In this document: in pieces, positions 17,775-25,935 of the stretch
How positions within the stretch are numbered: the stretch's first letter is position 1
How the letters are laid out: each line of letters starts with the position of its first letter
Program-made: the position numbers and the translations under genes
Source of the DNA: Methanosarcinales archaeon
Lineage (GTDB): Archaea; Halobacteriota; Methanosarcinia; Methanosarcinales; Methanogasteraceae
Reading direction: 5' to 3'
DNA length: 57,190 bases
Assembly (NCBI GenBank): GCA_030604085.1
Contig: JAUVWP010000001.1
Coordinates: 1 to 57,190 of the forward strand
The notes under the pieces: model-generated
Told to the model about the DNA's origin: nothing
The model's input: only the letters and a program-made list of their open reading frames with translations
Database searches by the model: none

Positions 17775-18389
17775 ATGAGATTAAAAGATATTGTGCTAAT
17801 TGTGGCAGTCGCGTCACTGCTACTATCATCAGGATGCATCTGGCAGGATGAGAAGGTTGTCGATAGCGACGGCGATGGATGGGACGATGAACGGGAACTG
17901 ATTGCCGGAACCGATCCGAACAATGTGGATACCGATGGCGATGGTTACTGGGATTCAAAGGATGAAAACCCACTCGATCCGGATATACCGGTTCCACGGG
18001 TAACACCGACACCGGTAGAGACGGCTACACCGACACCACGACCCACCACATCGGCTACACCGACACCGACCCCACCTTATAAGCTTGAGATCACAAATCC
18101 GGCAGATGATGCTACTGTTCCTCGCGTCACGAAGGTGAGCGGACAGGGTGGCGAGCCCGGCATGGAAGTGAAGATCCATGTCTATACCGAGAGGGAGGGA
18201 GGTCGTCTCGTGAGCGGTGACTGGTATCCGGACGCGGATGGTAACTGGGAAGCAGAGTATATCAGTCTCTGGCCAGATAAAGGATATTTCTCTGGCAGGG
18301 AGGCAACAATCTATGCGCAAACGACCATATCAAGCCCAAACCGCACGACCACCTACCGTTCCGAGAATATCACGGTGTACTGGGGATAG
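17775..18389 (+). CDS. Secreted protein or lipoprotein with thrombospondin type-3-like Ca-binding repeats, a Thr/Pro linker and a C-terminal beta domain
   Basis: The ATG at 17775 is preceded by GGAGGT. The signal peptide with lipobox-like ending is MRLKDIVLIVAVASLLLSSGC. The Ca-binding repeats read DSDGDGWDDERE..DPNNVDTDGDGYWDSKDENPLDPD. The linker reads TPTPVETATPTPRPTTSATPTPTP. Confidence 0.7.
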   Translation: MRLKDIVLIVAVASLLLSSGCIWQDEKVVDSDGDGWDDERELIAGTDPNNVDTDGDGYWDSKDENPLDPDIPVPRVTPTPVETATPTPRPTTSATPTPTPPYKLEITNPADDATVPRVTKVSGQGGEPGMEVKIHVYTEREGGRLVSGDWYPDADGNWEAEYISLWPDKGYFSGREATIYAQTTISSPNRTTTYRSENITVYWG

Positions 18390-18403
18390 GAGAGGCATCA
18401 AGA

Positions 18404-19282
18404 ATGATTACAGAGAGTCTACTGGCACCGGGACATCGCGGCTGTGCAGGGTGCGGGGCATCGCTTGCAGCGAAGTTTGTTCTTGAAGGCGCTGGCAAGG
18501 ACTGCATCGTGTGCGGTCCTACCGGCTGCCTTGAGGTATTCACAACCCCGTACCCTGAATCGGCATGGCGGGTCCCGTACATTCACTCGCTCTTCGAAAA
18601 CCCTGCCGCAGTCGCGTCAGGGATCGAGACCGCACTCGCTGCCCGCGGCAATACCCACACGAAGGTGCTCGTCATCGCAGGCGATGGCTCCACCTTCGAT
18701 ATAGACATCCGCAGCATATCAGGCGCATTCGAGCGTGGGCACAACATGACGTATGTGTGCTATGACAACGAGGCATACATGAACACAGGCATTCAGCGCA
18801 GTGCATCGACGCCTTTTGATGCATCGACCACGACATCACCTGCCGGAACGGTTTCTTACGGCAATCCCTTCCCGAAGAAGGATATGCCCGCGATCCTTGT
18901 GGCGCATGGCTCGCCTTATGTGGCGACCGCTTCAATTGCGTACCCAAAAGACGTGATCCGCAAGATAAAAACCGCTACCGAGACCGAGGGTCCGACTTAT
19001 GTCCAGATCCACGCGTCATGTTGCACTGGCTGGTACTTCGACAGTTCACTGGGCGTCGAGGTCGTACGACTTGCAGTAGAGACCGCGCTGTACCCGATCT
19101 TTGAGATCGTGGACGGAGAACTCGGGAAGGTGCATAAGATCAAACAAAAGCCTGTCGAGGAGTACCTCCGGATACAGAAGCGGTTTGCGCATCTGTTCAA
19201 AGATGAGCGCGGAAGAGATGAGATTGTGAAGATTCAGGCGATTGCTGACGAGAACGTCCGGAAATACGGGCTTGTCAGGTGA
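18404..19282 (+). CDS. 2-oxoacid:ferredoxin oxidoreductase beta subunit (PorB-like, TPP-binding)
   Basis: LLAPGHRGCAGCGASLAAKFVLE...GPTGCLEV...VIAGDGSTFDIDIRSISGAFERGHNMTYVCYDNEAYMNTGIQRS. No alpha, gamma or delta subunit genes are adjacent. Confidence 0.85.
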   Translation: MITESLLAPGHRGCAGCGASLAAKFVLEGAGKDCIVCGPTGCLEVFTTPYPESAWRVPYIHSLFENPAAVASGIETALAARGNTHTKVLVIAGDGSTFDIDIRSISGAFERGHNMTYVCYDNEAYMNTGIQRSASTPFDASTTTSPAGTVSYGNPFPKKDMPAILVAHGSPYVATASIAYPKDVIRKIKTATETEGPTYVQIHASCCTGWYFDSSLGVEVVRLAVETALYPIFEIVDGELGKVHKIKQKPVEEYLRIQKRFAHLFKDERGRDEIVKIQAIADENVRKYGLVR

Positions 19283-19307
19283 AACATAAATATGTGAGAT
19301 GATATAA

Positions 19308-19970
19308 TTGACTATAGAGAATGGAGATTTTATACGGATAAATTATACCGGGCGGTTGGAAGACGGCATGGTATTCGACACCACTGACGAGGAAGTCGCA
19401 AAGGAACAGGACATATACGATGAGAATACCCGATACGATTCTTTCGTGATCATCGTTGGCAAAGGGCATGTCGTGGAAGGTCTGGATGAGGATATTGTCG
19501 AAAAAGAAGCCGGCTATCGCGGGACGGTTGAGATTCCGCCGGAGAAGGGCTACGGCGAACACAAAACAGAACTGGTAAAGACATATCCCACATCCAAATT
19601 TACAGAGACGCCTGTGAAAGGGATGCGGGCGGTCGTCGAGGGGAAAGAGGGCATGGTTGTCATGACCATTGGGCGAAGGGTGCGGATCGATTTCAATAGC
19701 CCTATGGCTGGCAAAACCCTGATCTTTGAGTATGTGATCGAAGAAAAGATCGATGACGACCTCGACAAGATCAAATCCCTGTTACAATCCTACTTCCGGA
19801 TGGATTTCGATGTGGAGCTTGTCGATGACGTTGCTATGATCGAAGCGCCAAGCGATCTCAGGCTAAATCAGAACTGGCTGCTCGTGAAGTCGAGGATCGC
19901 GCACGAACTCCTCGGATCGATGGAACTTGATAGCGTGAAATTCGTTGAGACGTACCAGAATTCTGAATAG
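19308..19970 (+). CDS. FKBP-type peptidyl-prolyl cis-trans isomerase (long archaeal SlyD-like form)
   Basis: GDFIRINYTGRLEDGMVFDTTDEEVAKE...VIIVGKGHVVEGLDEDIV...VEIPPEKGYGE. The only start upstream of the conserved region is a TTG. Confidence 0.85.
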   Translation: MTIENGDFIRINYTGRLEDGMVFDTTDEEVAKEQDIYDENTRYDSFVIIVGKGHVVEGLDEDIVEKEAGYRGTVEIPPEKGYGEHKTELVKTYPTSKFTETPVKGMRAVVEGKEGMVVMTIGRRVRIDFNSPMAGKTLIFEYVIEEKIDDDLDKIKSLLQSYFRMDFDVELVDDVAMIEAPSDLRLNQNWLLVKSRIAHELLGSMELDSVKFVETYQNSE

Positions 19971-19975
19971 GAGCC

Positions 19976-21100
19976 ATGAAAGCTTGTATCTTATGCGGTG
20001 GACTGGGCACGAGACTCCGTCCACTGACCCTTGAGCGACCAAAGCCGCTGATACCGCTTCTAAACAAACCCTCGATCGTGCACTTGATCGAGCATCTGAA
20101 GACCGAGGGGTTCACAGATGCCGTGCTGACACTCGGTTATCTCGGTGAGATGATCGAAGAAGAGGTGCGGAAGATCGAGGGCATCGATATCGATTGCGTG
20201 TACGAACGAACCGCGCTCGGGACGGCAGGAGGGGTCAAGAACGCCAGATCGCACCTCGAAGATGGCACGTTCATGGTCGTTGGCGGCGATCACGTCCTTG
20301 ATCTGCAGCTTCGTGAGCTATGCCAGTTCCACGAGACAAACGATGCTATCGTCACAATCGGGCTGATCTGTATCGACAATCCCACCGAGTACGGGGTATG
20401 CGACATGGATGCGGATGGCGTGATTCACAGGTTCCTTGAAAAGCCAAAAGTCGGTGAAGCATTCAGCAATCTCATAAATACCGGGATCTATGTCTGCGAT
20501 CCCGAGATTCTGGACTGGATTCCCGATGGAGAGATGTATGATTTTGCAAAGAATGTCTTTCCTGCCCTGCTCGACGCTGGAAAGGAGATCGATGGCTTTC
20601 TCGTGCAGGGTAGATGGACTGACATCGGCAATCACGAGATGTACCGGAACGCATGTAAATGGAAACTCGACCAGATATCTGGCAGCACAAGAATCCACAC
20701 ACCACAGATCAGGGATCCTGTGATGATCGGGAAAGGTTCGGATATCGCGGAATCATCCATGATCGTTGGTCCGGTTGTGATCGGCGAGAATACGACGATT
20801 GGGGCTCGGGTGCTAATCGGTCCGTACACAACGATCGGATCGAACTGCATGATTGAGGATGATGCGCACATCCTGACCTCGCATATCTATGACAACGTCC
20901 GGATCGGCAGGGAATCGCTCATCTTCAGTTCTATCATCGACAATGATTGTCACGTGCACGAGAATTGTTCGCTCGAGACCGGGACTGTGCTCGGTACGAG
21001 GGCGGTTGTTTCTGAGGGTGCGATCCTCTCGAGTGTTCGGATATGGCCAGATAAGGTCGTAGAGCGAGGGGGGCACTTGCAAAGTGATGTGGTTGATTGA
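19976..21100 (+). CDS. Sugar-1-phosphate nucleotidyltransferase with a C-terminal left-handed beta-helix (GlmU/ST0452-like)
   Basis: The N-terminus reads MKACILCGGLGTRLRPLTLERPKPLIPLLNKP. The C-terminal third is made of hexapeptide-like repeats (VVIGENTTIGARVLIGPYTTIGSNCMIEDDAHI...). Confidence 0.85.
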   Translation: MKACILCGGLGTRLRPLTLERPKPLIPLLNKPSIVHLIEHLKTEGFTDAVLTLGYLGEMIEEEVRKIEGIDIDCVYERTALGTAGGVKNARSHLEDGTFMVVGGDHVLDLQLRELCQFHETNDAIVTIGLICIDNPTEYGVCDMDADGVIHRFLEKPKVGEAFSNLINTGIYVCDPEILDWIPDGEMYDFAKNVFPALLDAGKEIDGFLVQGRWTDIGNHEMYRNACKWKLDQISGSTRIHTPQIRDPVMIGKGSDIAESSMIVGPVVIGENTTIGARVLIGPYTTIGSNCMIEDDAHILTSHIYDNVRIGRESLIFSSIIDNDCHVHENCSLETGTVLGTRAVVSEGAILSSVRIWPDKVVERGGHLQSDVVD

Positions 21101-21131
21101 GGCACCAGCACCATGATGCCTGCGATGCTCT

Positions 21132-21149
21132 AAAAAATGCGCTTTTTTT
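21132..21149 (+). terminator. Putative oligo-T terminator (aaaaaatgcgcttttttt)
   Basis: A T7 run at 21143-21149 lies about 40 nt after the stop at 21100. It is preceded by a complementary A6 run. Archaeal termination at oligo-T tracts is established. Confidence 0.45.
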
Positions 21150-21258
21150 ATTGGCAGACCAAAAATCGATACTGCCCCTTTTCAGCAACACCGCAAACCA
21201 AAAAACACTCCCGCCCACGAAAAGAGATAAGATGTATCCGATCGAATCTGAACCTTAA

Positions 21259-22299
21259 GTGACGAACGAAAAAGAGATCATCGAAGCCGCGCTGTTTGCT
21301 GCAGGTGGGGCAGTTGATATAACCCGGTTAAGCGATCTGATCGGCAAACCAGAGGACGAGACATCCCTGATCGCAGACGGATTGGTCGAAGAGTATAGGG
21401 AACGGGAATCCGGAATCGAGATCATAAAATCGAAAAATGCAGAATACTTGATGCAGGTCATGCCCGAATACGTCGAATATGTGCGGTCGTTCGCTCCAAA
21501 AGAACTGCCTGCGCCTGTGCTCCGTACATTATCGGTGATCGCATACCACCAGCCAGTAACGCAGTCCGATCTCGTGAGGATTCGTGGAAACTCGGCTTAT
21601 TCGCATGTGCATGACTTGCTCGGGATGGAACTGATCGGGTCCGTTCCAAAAGGGCATACAAAACTCCTTACGACAACGCATAGATTTGCAGAGTACTTCG
21701 GTCTGGATTCTGCAGATCCGGAAGCTATTCGGAATGCGCTTAAGTCGAGGATGGAGGCACGGATCGGAGTTACCCCGATGTACGGATCGCTTCTGCGGCG
21801 GTGTGGGATTCCACACGTTGTGGTCGGTGCATACAACCCGTCTGCCGAGGATCTCGCTTTGTTTGGTGATATTCAGGTGCTTGTGATCTCAAAAGGGTAT
21901 ACAGACAAAGTACGCGGGAATTTTTCAGGAGAGGTCATTGAGATCGCATCTGCCACCTTCGATGACCTGCTCGAGTCGGTAAAAGCGATCGGCAGGTACG
22001 GCAGGAAAAACTACGTTTCGAAAATTGTCCTGGAACTGGAAGAATTGAAAGAGAGATATCGTGAAAAATCACGGAAACTGGATGCGGAGCTGGATATCAA
22101 GGTAAAACCAGCATCGGAAATGGCAGCCCGCATCCTAAACGATCTCGGATTCACGATATCACAGACCGGAGTGCTGGTTGCGCCGGATTATCTCGGTACA
22201 GGGGACATTACGTTTCCTACGCACAGCAGTGCGTCTGCTGATGTGATCGAGCGGATAGCTGCCAGATACGATGCTATACTCGAAGGGCTGCGCGGGTGA
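21259..22299 (+). CDS. scpB: ScpB-like segregation/condensation protein with a C-terminal extension of about 170 aa
   Basis: The N-terminal half, IIEAALFAAGGAVDITRLSDLIG...PVLRTLSVIAYHQPVTQSDLVRIRGNSAYSHVHDLLGMELI, has the two-winged-helix ScpB pattern. The start is a GTG. I do not recognise the C-terminal half. Confidence 0.7.
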   Translation: MTNEKEIIEAALFAAGGAVDITRLSDLIGKPEDETSLIADGLVEEYRERESGIEIIKSKNAEYLMQVMPEYVEYVRSFAPKELPAPVLRTLSVIAYHQPVTQSDLVRIRGNSAYSHVHDLLGMELIGSVPKGHTKLLTTTHRFAEYFGLDSADPEAIRNALKSRMEARIGVTPMYGSLLRRCGIPHVVVGAYNPSAEDLALFGDIQVLVISKGYTDKVRGNFSGEVIEIASATFDDLLESVKAIGRYGRKNYVSKIVLELEELKERYREKSRKLDAELDIKVKPASEMAARILNDLGFTISQTGVLVAPDYLGTGDITFPTHSSASADVIERIAARYDAILEGLRG

Positions 22300-22314
22300 T
22301 CCGTGAATTGTTCG

Positions 22315-22734
22315 TCACTCGATTGTCGCATCTATCGTGACATCGGTCTTCATCGAATTTAAGACGAGAGCGCCTTTTTCTACCTGTGAGGCGATCTCTT
22401 TCACGGTTTCCTTGTCGCCATCCGTCTTTATTCTCGGCTTCACAACGATCGTCGTGAACATCATCTGCCCCTCCACCTTTTCAAGCGTCCCTTCTGCGCT
22501 TGACTCGTAGGAGAGGATGTTGATGCCGGCTTTCTTTGTCCTTGCGATGAACGTGGTCAGGGCGCACGCATTCGCAGATGCGACAAAGAGTTCTTCAGGG
22601 CTAACAAAGCCTTCCGGACCACGGAATTCCGGTGGCGTGGCAAACTCAAAACTTGCCTTGTCGCCGAAAGATATGGTCGCCTGATATCCGCTGTTCCATT
22701 CCAGGGTGTTTGAGAAGATGAATTTCGTCTCCAT
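22315..22734 (-). CDS. OsmC/Ohr-family peroxiredoxin-like protein
   Basis: FVSPEELFVASANACALTTFIARTKKAGINILSYESSAEGTLEKV...FTTIVVKPRI. The ATG at 22734 is preceded by AAGGAGGT 9 nt upstream. Confidence 0.8.
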   Translation of the reverse strand: METKFIFSNTLEWNSGYQATISFGDKASFEFATPPEFRGPEGFVSPEELFVASANACALTTFIARTKKAGINILSYESSAEGTLEKVEGQMMFTTIVVKPRIKTDGDKETVKEIASQVEKGALVLNSMKTDVTIDATIE

Positions 22735-23145
22735 TGGTGCCAACCTCCTTACGATTGGGTGATCGTGCAGATCGCTTAAAAATCTTTGCTACCTCAGTGC
22801 CTGATTAATTTTTATAGGAGAGCGCGGATAGGGTTATGCATAAGAGAGTTTGAGCAGAGTTTCGGACACGATCCTTGCAGATCGAACGTAACAACAGACT
22901 GGTGACCGGTTTCGCACTGGTTTACGAACACTTACGTACTTTGGTATGCCGGTATGCACGGCTGGCAGGAACGTGGAAAACGCAGCTCAAAGACATCTCT
23001 TTGGCCAGGTGATCTGGATGAAAATGGAAATATTGTTGATCGGGACTTGCGCTTTAGTTCATGCGCTGATAGGGACGACTGCAACATGGTATATGGACAA
23101 CGACCGCGGAGCTGACTATGTGAGAATATCGCGAGAGGTGAGACC

Positions 23146-24273
23146 ATGACCGGCAGCCGAATGATAGTAGTAATGCTCATAGCCGCTCTGGTGTTTGTGA
23201 CGAACGCGGGTGCGGCGGCGGCGGCAGATGATGTGACATTTACCGGAAGTTACGACACCGGAATTGCACGTTACGTTGCTGTGTCAGGTGACTATGCGTA
23301 CGTAATCGATGATAACAATGGTCTTGTGATTGTGGATGTCAGCGACAAGAAATCACCAGCGGTTACAGGAAGCTACGCCGAAGTAAAAGATGCACGCTAT
23401 GTCGCGGTGTCAGGCAACTATGCGTACGTGACTGATAAGCGCGAAGGTCTTGTGATTGTAGACGTAAGCGACAAGGAAGCGCCTGAGTACACCGGAAAGT
23501 GCACGGTCCTAGGAGACGCACGCGGTATTATTGTGTCAGGTGACTATGCGTACGTAGTCGATTATACCAACGGGCTTGCGGTTATAGATGTCAGCGACAA
23601 GGAATCTCCAGTGCTTGCAGGACGTTACAGAGTCGCAAAAGATATGCATGGTGTCGCTATGTCAGATGACTATGCGTACGTAGCCGATTATAACAACGGG
23701 CTTATGGTTATGGATGTCAGCAACGCTGAAGCACCAGAGCTTGCAGGAAGTTATAATCCGGAAGGGTGGTCTGTGGGTGTTGCTATGTCAGGCGACTATG
23801 CGTACGTAGCCAGCGGCTCTGATGGTCTTGCAATTGTGGATGTCAGCGACGCGAAAGCACCAGAGCTTGCAGGAACTTACGATGCCACACCTCATGTGGA
23901 GACGGTCATCGTGTCGGGCGACTATGCGTACATGACCGATACGGACGATGGTCTTACGATTGTGGATGTCAGCGACGCTGGAGCACCAGAGCTTGCAGGA
24001 AGGTATGACACCGACGGGGATGCTCATGCTGTTACCGTGTCAGGCGACTATGCGTACGTAGCTGATGGTGGTAAAGGTCTCGTTATCCTGCACGTAGGCG
24101 CAGGCGCTACTGCCACCACCACACGTGCCCGCGTCGCTGCAACCGTGTCACCGGAAACGACGCAAACATCTACGAAGAGTCCGGAAGGTGAAGGACCCGG
24201 CTTCGGAGGTGTGTTCGCAGTAGCGGGTCTGCTTGCAATTGCATACCTGGTGCGGCGGCAGAGACAAGAGTAG
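23146..24273 (+). CDS. LVIVD-repeat surface protein with a PGF-CTERM sorting signal
   Basis: A signal peptide is followed by about 8 repeats of roughly 42 aa (YVAVSGDYAYV.D..NGLVIVDVSD...P...G.Y). The C-terminus is GPGFGGVFAVAGLLAIAYLVRRQRQE. Confidence 0.85.
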   Translation: MTGSRMIVVMLIAALVFVTNAGAAAAADDVTFTGSYDTGIARYVAVSGDYAYVIDDNNGLVIVDVSDKKSPAVTGSYAEVKDARYVAVSGNYAYVTDKREGLVIVDVSDKEAPEYTGKCTVLGDARGIIVSGDYAYVVDYTNGLAVIDVSDKESPVLAGRYRVAKDMHGVAMSDDYAYVADYNNGLMVMDVSNAEAPELAGSYNPEGWSVGVAMSGDYAYVASGSDGLAIVDVSDAKAPELAGTYDATPHVETVIVSGDYAYMTDTDDGLTIVDVSDAGAPELAGRYDTDGDAHAVTVSGDYAYVADGGKGLVILHVGAGATATTTRARVAATVSPETTQTSTKSPEGEGPGFGGVFAVAGLLAIAYLVRRQRQE

Positions 24274-24358
24274 AGGATATAACTGGCAGGGGGATGGCCG
24301 TATCCCCCAATCATTTTTTCGGGCAAACAGACAGGCGCATCCCATAAATCCCTGACGG

Positions 24359-25540
24359 TCACGAACACATCTCGATTAAGAGTTCCTCTCCGCTCATCGT
24401 ACCCCTTGCAATGAGCATGTCGCCTGCGCAGAGCACTGTTTTTGCGCCGGGGCTGTAAATCCACCGATCCCCTCGCTTGACTGCCATGATGTGCACCCCA
24501 GTCTCGGTCTCGAGCTTGAGTTCGCCAAGTGACTTCCTGGCAACCTCAGAACCCGGTGCGATCTGTAGCTTGGTGACCACCTCGTCAGACTCGCGCACGG
24601 CAAGCGCCATGATCGGATGCGGCTCGATCTCCCGAAGCACCACGTCTGCGATGTCGTAAGCCGCGTCAGAGATCGCTTCTGAGGCATTGGCAAGATGCAG
24701 GAGTCCCCTGAGTTTATCCACGTCCTCGATATTTTTTGCCGATTCGAGCACCCAGTGCTGGAGTTCGTACCTCATGCCGTCCATCTTATCCTCGATGTAG
24801 CGCACCTCCTCTGCGATCTCTTTATTATAAAAAAGCATCGCAGAATATGCAAGACCGACCGCAAGTTCGGACATGTTCTTCATCTCCACGATCAGATCGA
24901 CCGCGCGGTCGAGATCGCCAAGTACGCGTTCCGGCTCGACTCTGGTTCGCTCGTAACGCTTGCGGGTTGCGCACTCCATGAAGAGTGGCACGCCCTCATC
25001 ATGCCCGCGTGCAAAGACCACATCGCCAGCCATCACAAGCGTGCTGTGATCAGGATCATATATCCAGTTTCTTTCCCGCCTGATCGCAATCAGCCACATA
25101 CCGGTCTCGGTCTCGAGTTCGATCTCCCCTAGCGTCCGTCCTGCCATCGGCGACTCCGGGCTGACCGTTGCGCTTGCAATCGTCTCCTCTGCGCCGCGCA
25201 GATCCGGTTTCAGTTCAACAGGTATCCCGAGATCGAGGAGCGTGATCTTTGCGATATCGCCTGCTGCATTCGAGATGTTCTCGGCTGCCGCGCCAGCCTG
25301 CAGCACGCCTGCAAGGGCTTCTGCCTCATCGATCCTTCGAGCGCTTAACATCGCCGAGATCATCATGTAATAACCAAGGGTATCCATCTTCTCTTCGAGG
25401 CGGATAACCTCCATCGCGATCTCCTTGTCGTCATAGATCACGGCGGAGTATGCAAGATCCATCATCAATTCAGAGGTGTCCTTCATATCGATCAACAGGT
25501 CTTTCATGCTTCTTGTGCAGTGTTTGAGTTCTTGTGTCAT
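24359..25540 (-). CDS. PhoU-like/TrkA-C (RCK_C) duplicated-domain protein (COG3273-type putative K+ transport regulator)
   Basis: There are two copies of a helical segment (MKDTSELMMDLAYSAVIYDDKEIAMEVIRLEEKMD and MKNMSELAVGLAYSAMLFYNKEIAEEVRYIEDKMD). Each is followed by a TrkA-C-like beta domain (GRTLGEIELETETGMWLIAIRR, RKSLGELKLETETGVHIMAVKR). Start ATG at 25540, or alternatively 25507. Confidence 0.75.
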   Translation of the reverse strand: MTQELKHCTRSMKDLLIDMKDTSELMMDLAYSAVIYDDKEIAMEVIRLEEKMDTLGYYMMISAMLSARRIDEAEALAGVLQAGAAAENISNAAGDIAKITLLDLGIPVELKPDLRGAEETIASATVSPESPMAGRTLGEIELETETGMWLIAIRRERNWIYDPDHSTLVMAGDVVFARGHDEGVPLFMECATRKRYERTRVEPERVLGDLDRAVDLIVEMKNMSELAVGLAYSAMLFYNKEIAEEVRYIEDKMDGMRYELQHWVLESAKNIEDVDKLRGLLHLANASEAISDAAYDIADVVLREIEPHPIMALAVRESDEVVTKLQIAPGSEVARKSLGELKLETETGVHIMAVKRGDRWIYSPGAKTVLCAGDMLIARGTMSGEELLIEMCS

Positions 25541-25795
25541 GTTTCTTAGAATATCCTTTCGATAGCAACTATGCGGACGGCTAATGGTTTCATTGTTACG
25601 GGCATGTTGCAAACCCGCCACTCATTATTTCCATAATCAGATGCAGTCCCGGATATCGCAGCCCCGTGCGGTATATCCGTATCTTCTCCGGTTGCGTCGT
25701 CCATGATGCTATTTCAGATTCCAGTACTGTACGGATACTTAATCTACTCTTCTTATATTAAATCCACCGAGACCGATGGTGACACCCAATCGTGA

Positions 25796-25902
25796 CGAAG
25801 GCGAGTCGGGGGGGTTACCGCAATCTCGCAACGGTGAATCCTTCGCCATAGATGGGGGCGGACCGGGGTAGACACCATAACTACCTTATATCGTTTCCGC
25901 CC
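25796..25902 (+). promoter_or_regulatory. Structured 5' leader upstream of the cation:proton antiporter gene (candidate cis-regulatory RNA)
   Basis: Hand-folded. Stem CGAAGG (25796-801) pairs with CCTTCG (25840-45) and is stacked on CGAG (25802-05)/CTCG (25825-28), with an 11-nt 3' bulge CAACGGTGAAT. A second element has GGGCGGA (25856-62) pairing with TCCGCCC (25896-902), enclosing GGTAG (25867-71)/CTACC (25881-85). A TATA-like ttatatta lies at 25753-25760. Confidence 0.4.
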
Positions 25903-25935
25903 AATACCAAAGACAAAAGGGTAAAAGGGCGAATC

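Noticed and set aside
23284-24060. Regularly spaced ~24-nt repeats with a ~125-nt period that superficially resemble a CRISPR array.
   Set aside because: The whole region is one intact ORF. The period equals a 41-42-aa LVIVD protein repeat, and the 'spacers' are also similar to one another. It is not a CRISPR array.
25796-25902. Assigning the antiporter leader to the c-di-AMP (ydaO) riboswitch class.
   Set aside because: Only short strings (e.g. the 9-mer GGTGAATCC) match my memory of the consensus, and a 9-mer match is near chance expectation in 57 kb on two strands. The conserved 3' pseudo-symmetric half is absent. I kept it only as an unclassified structured leader.
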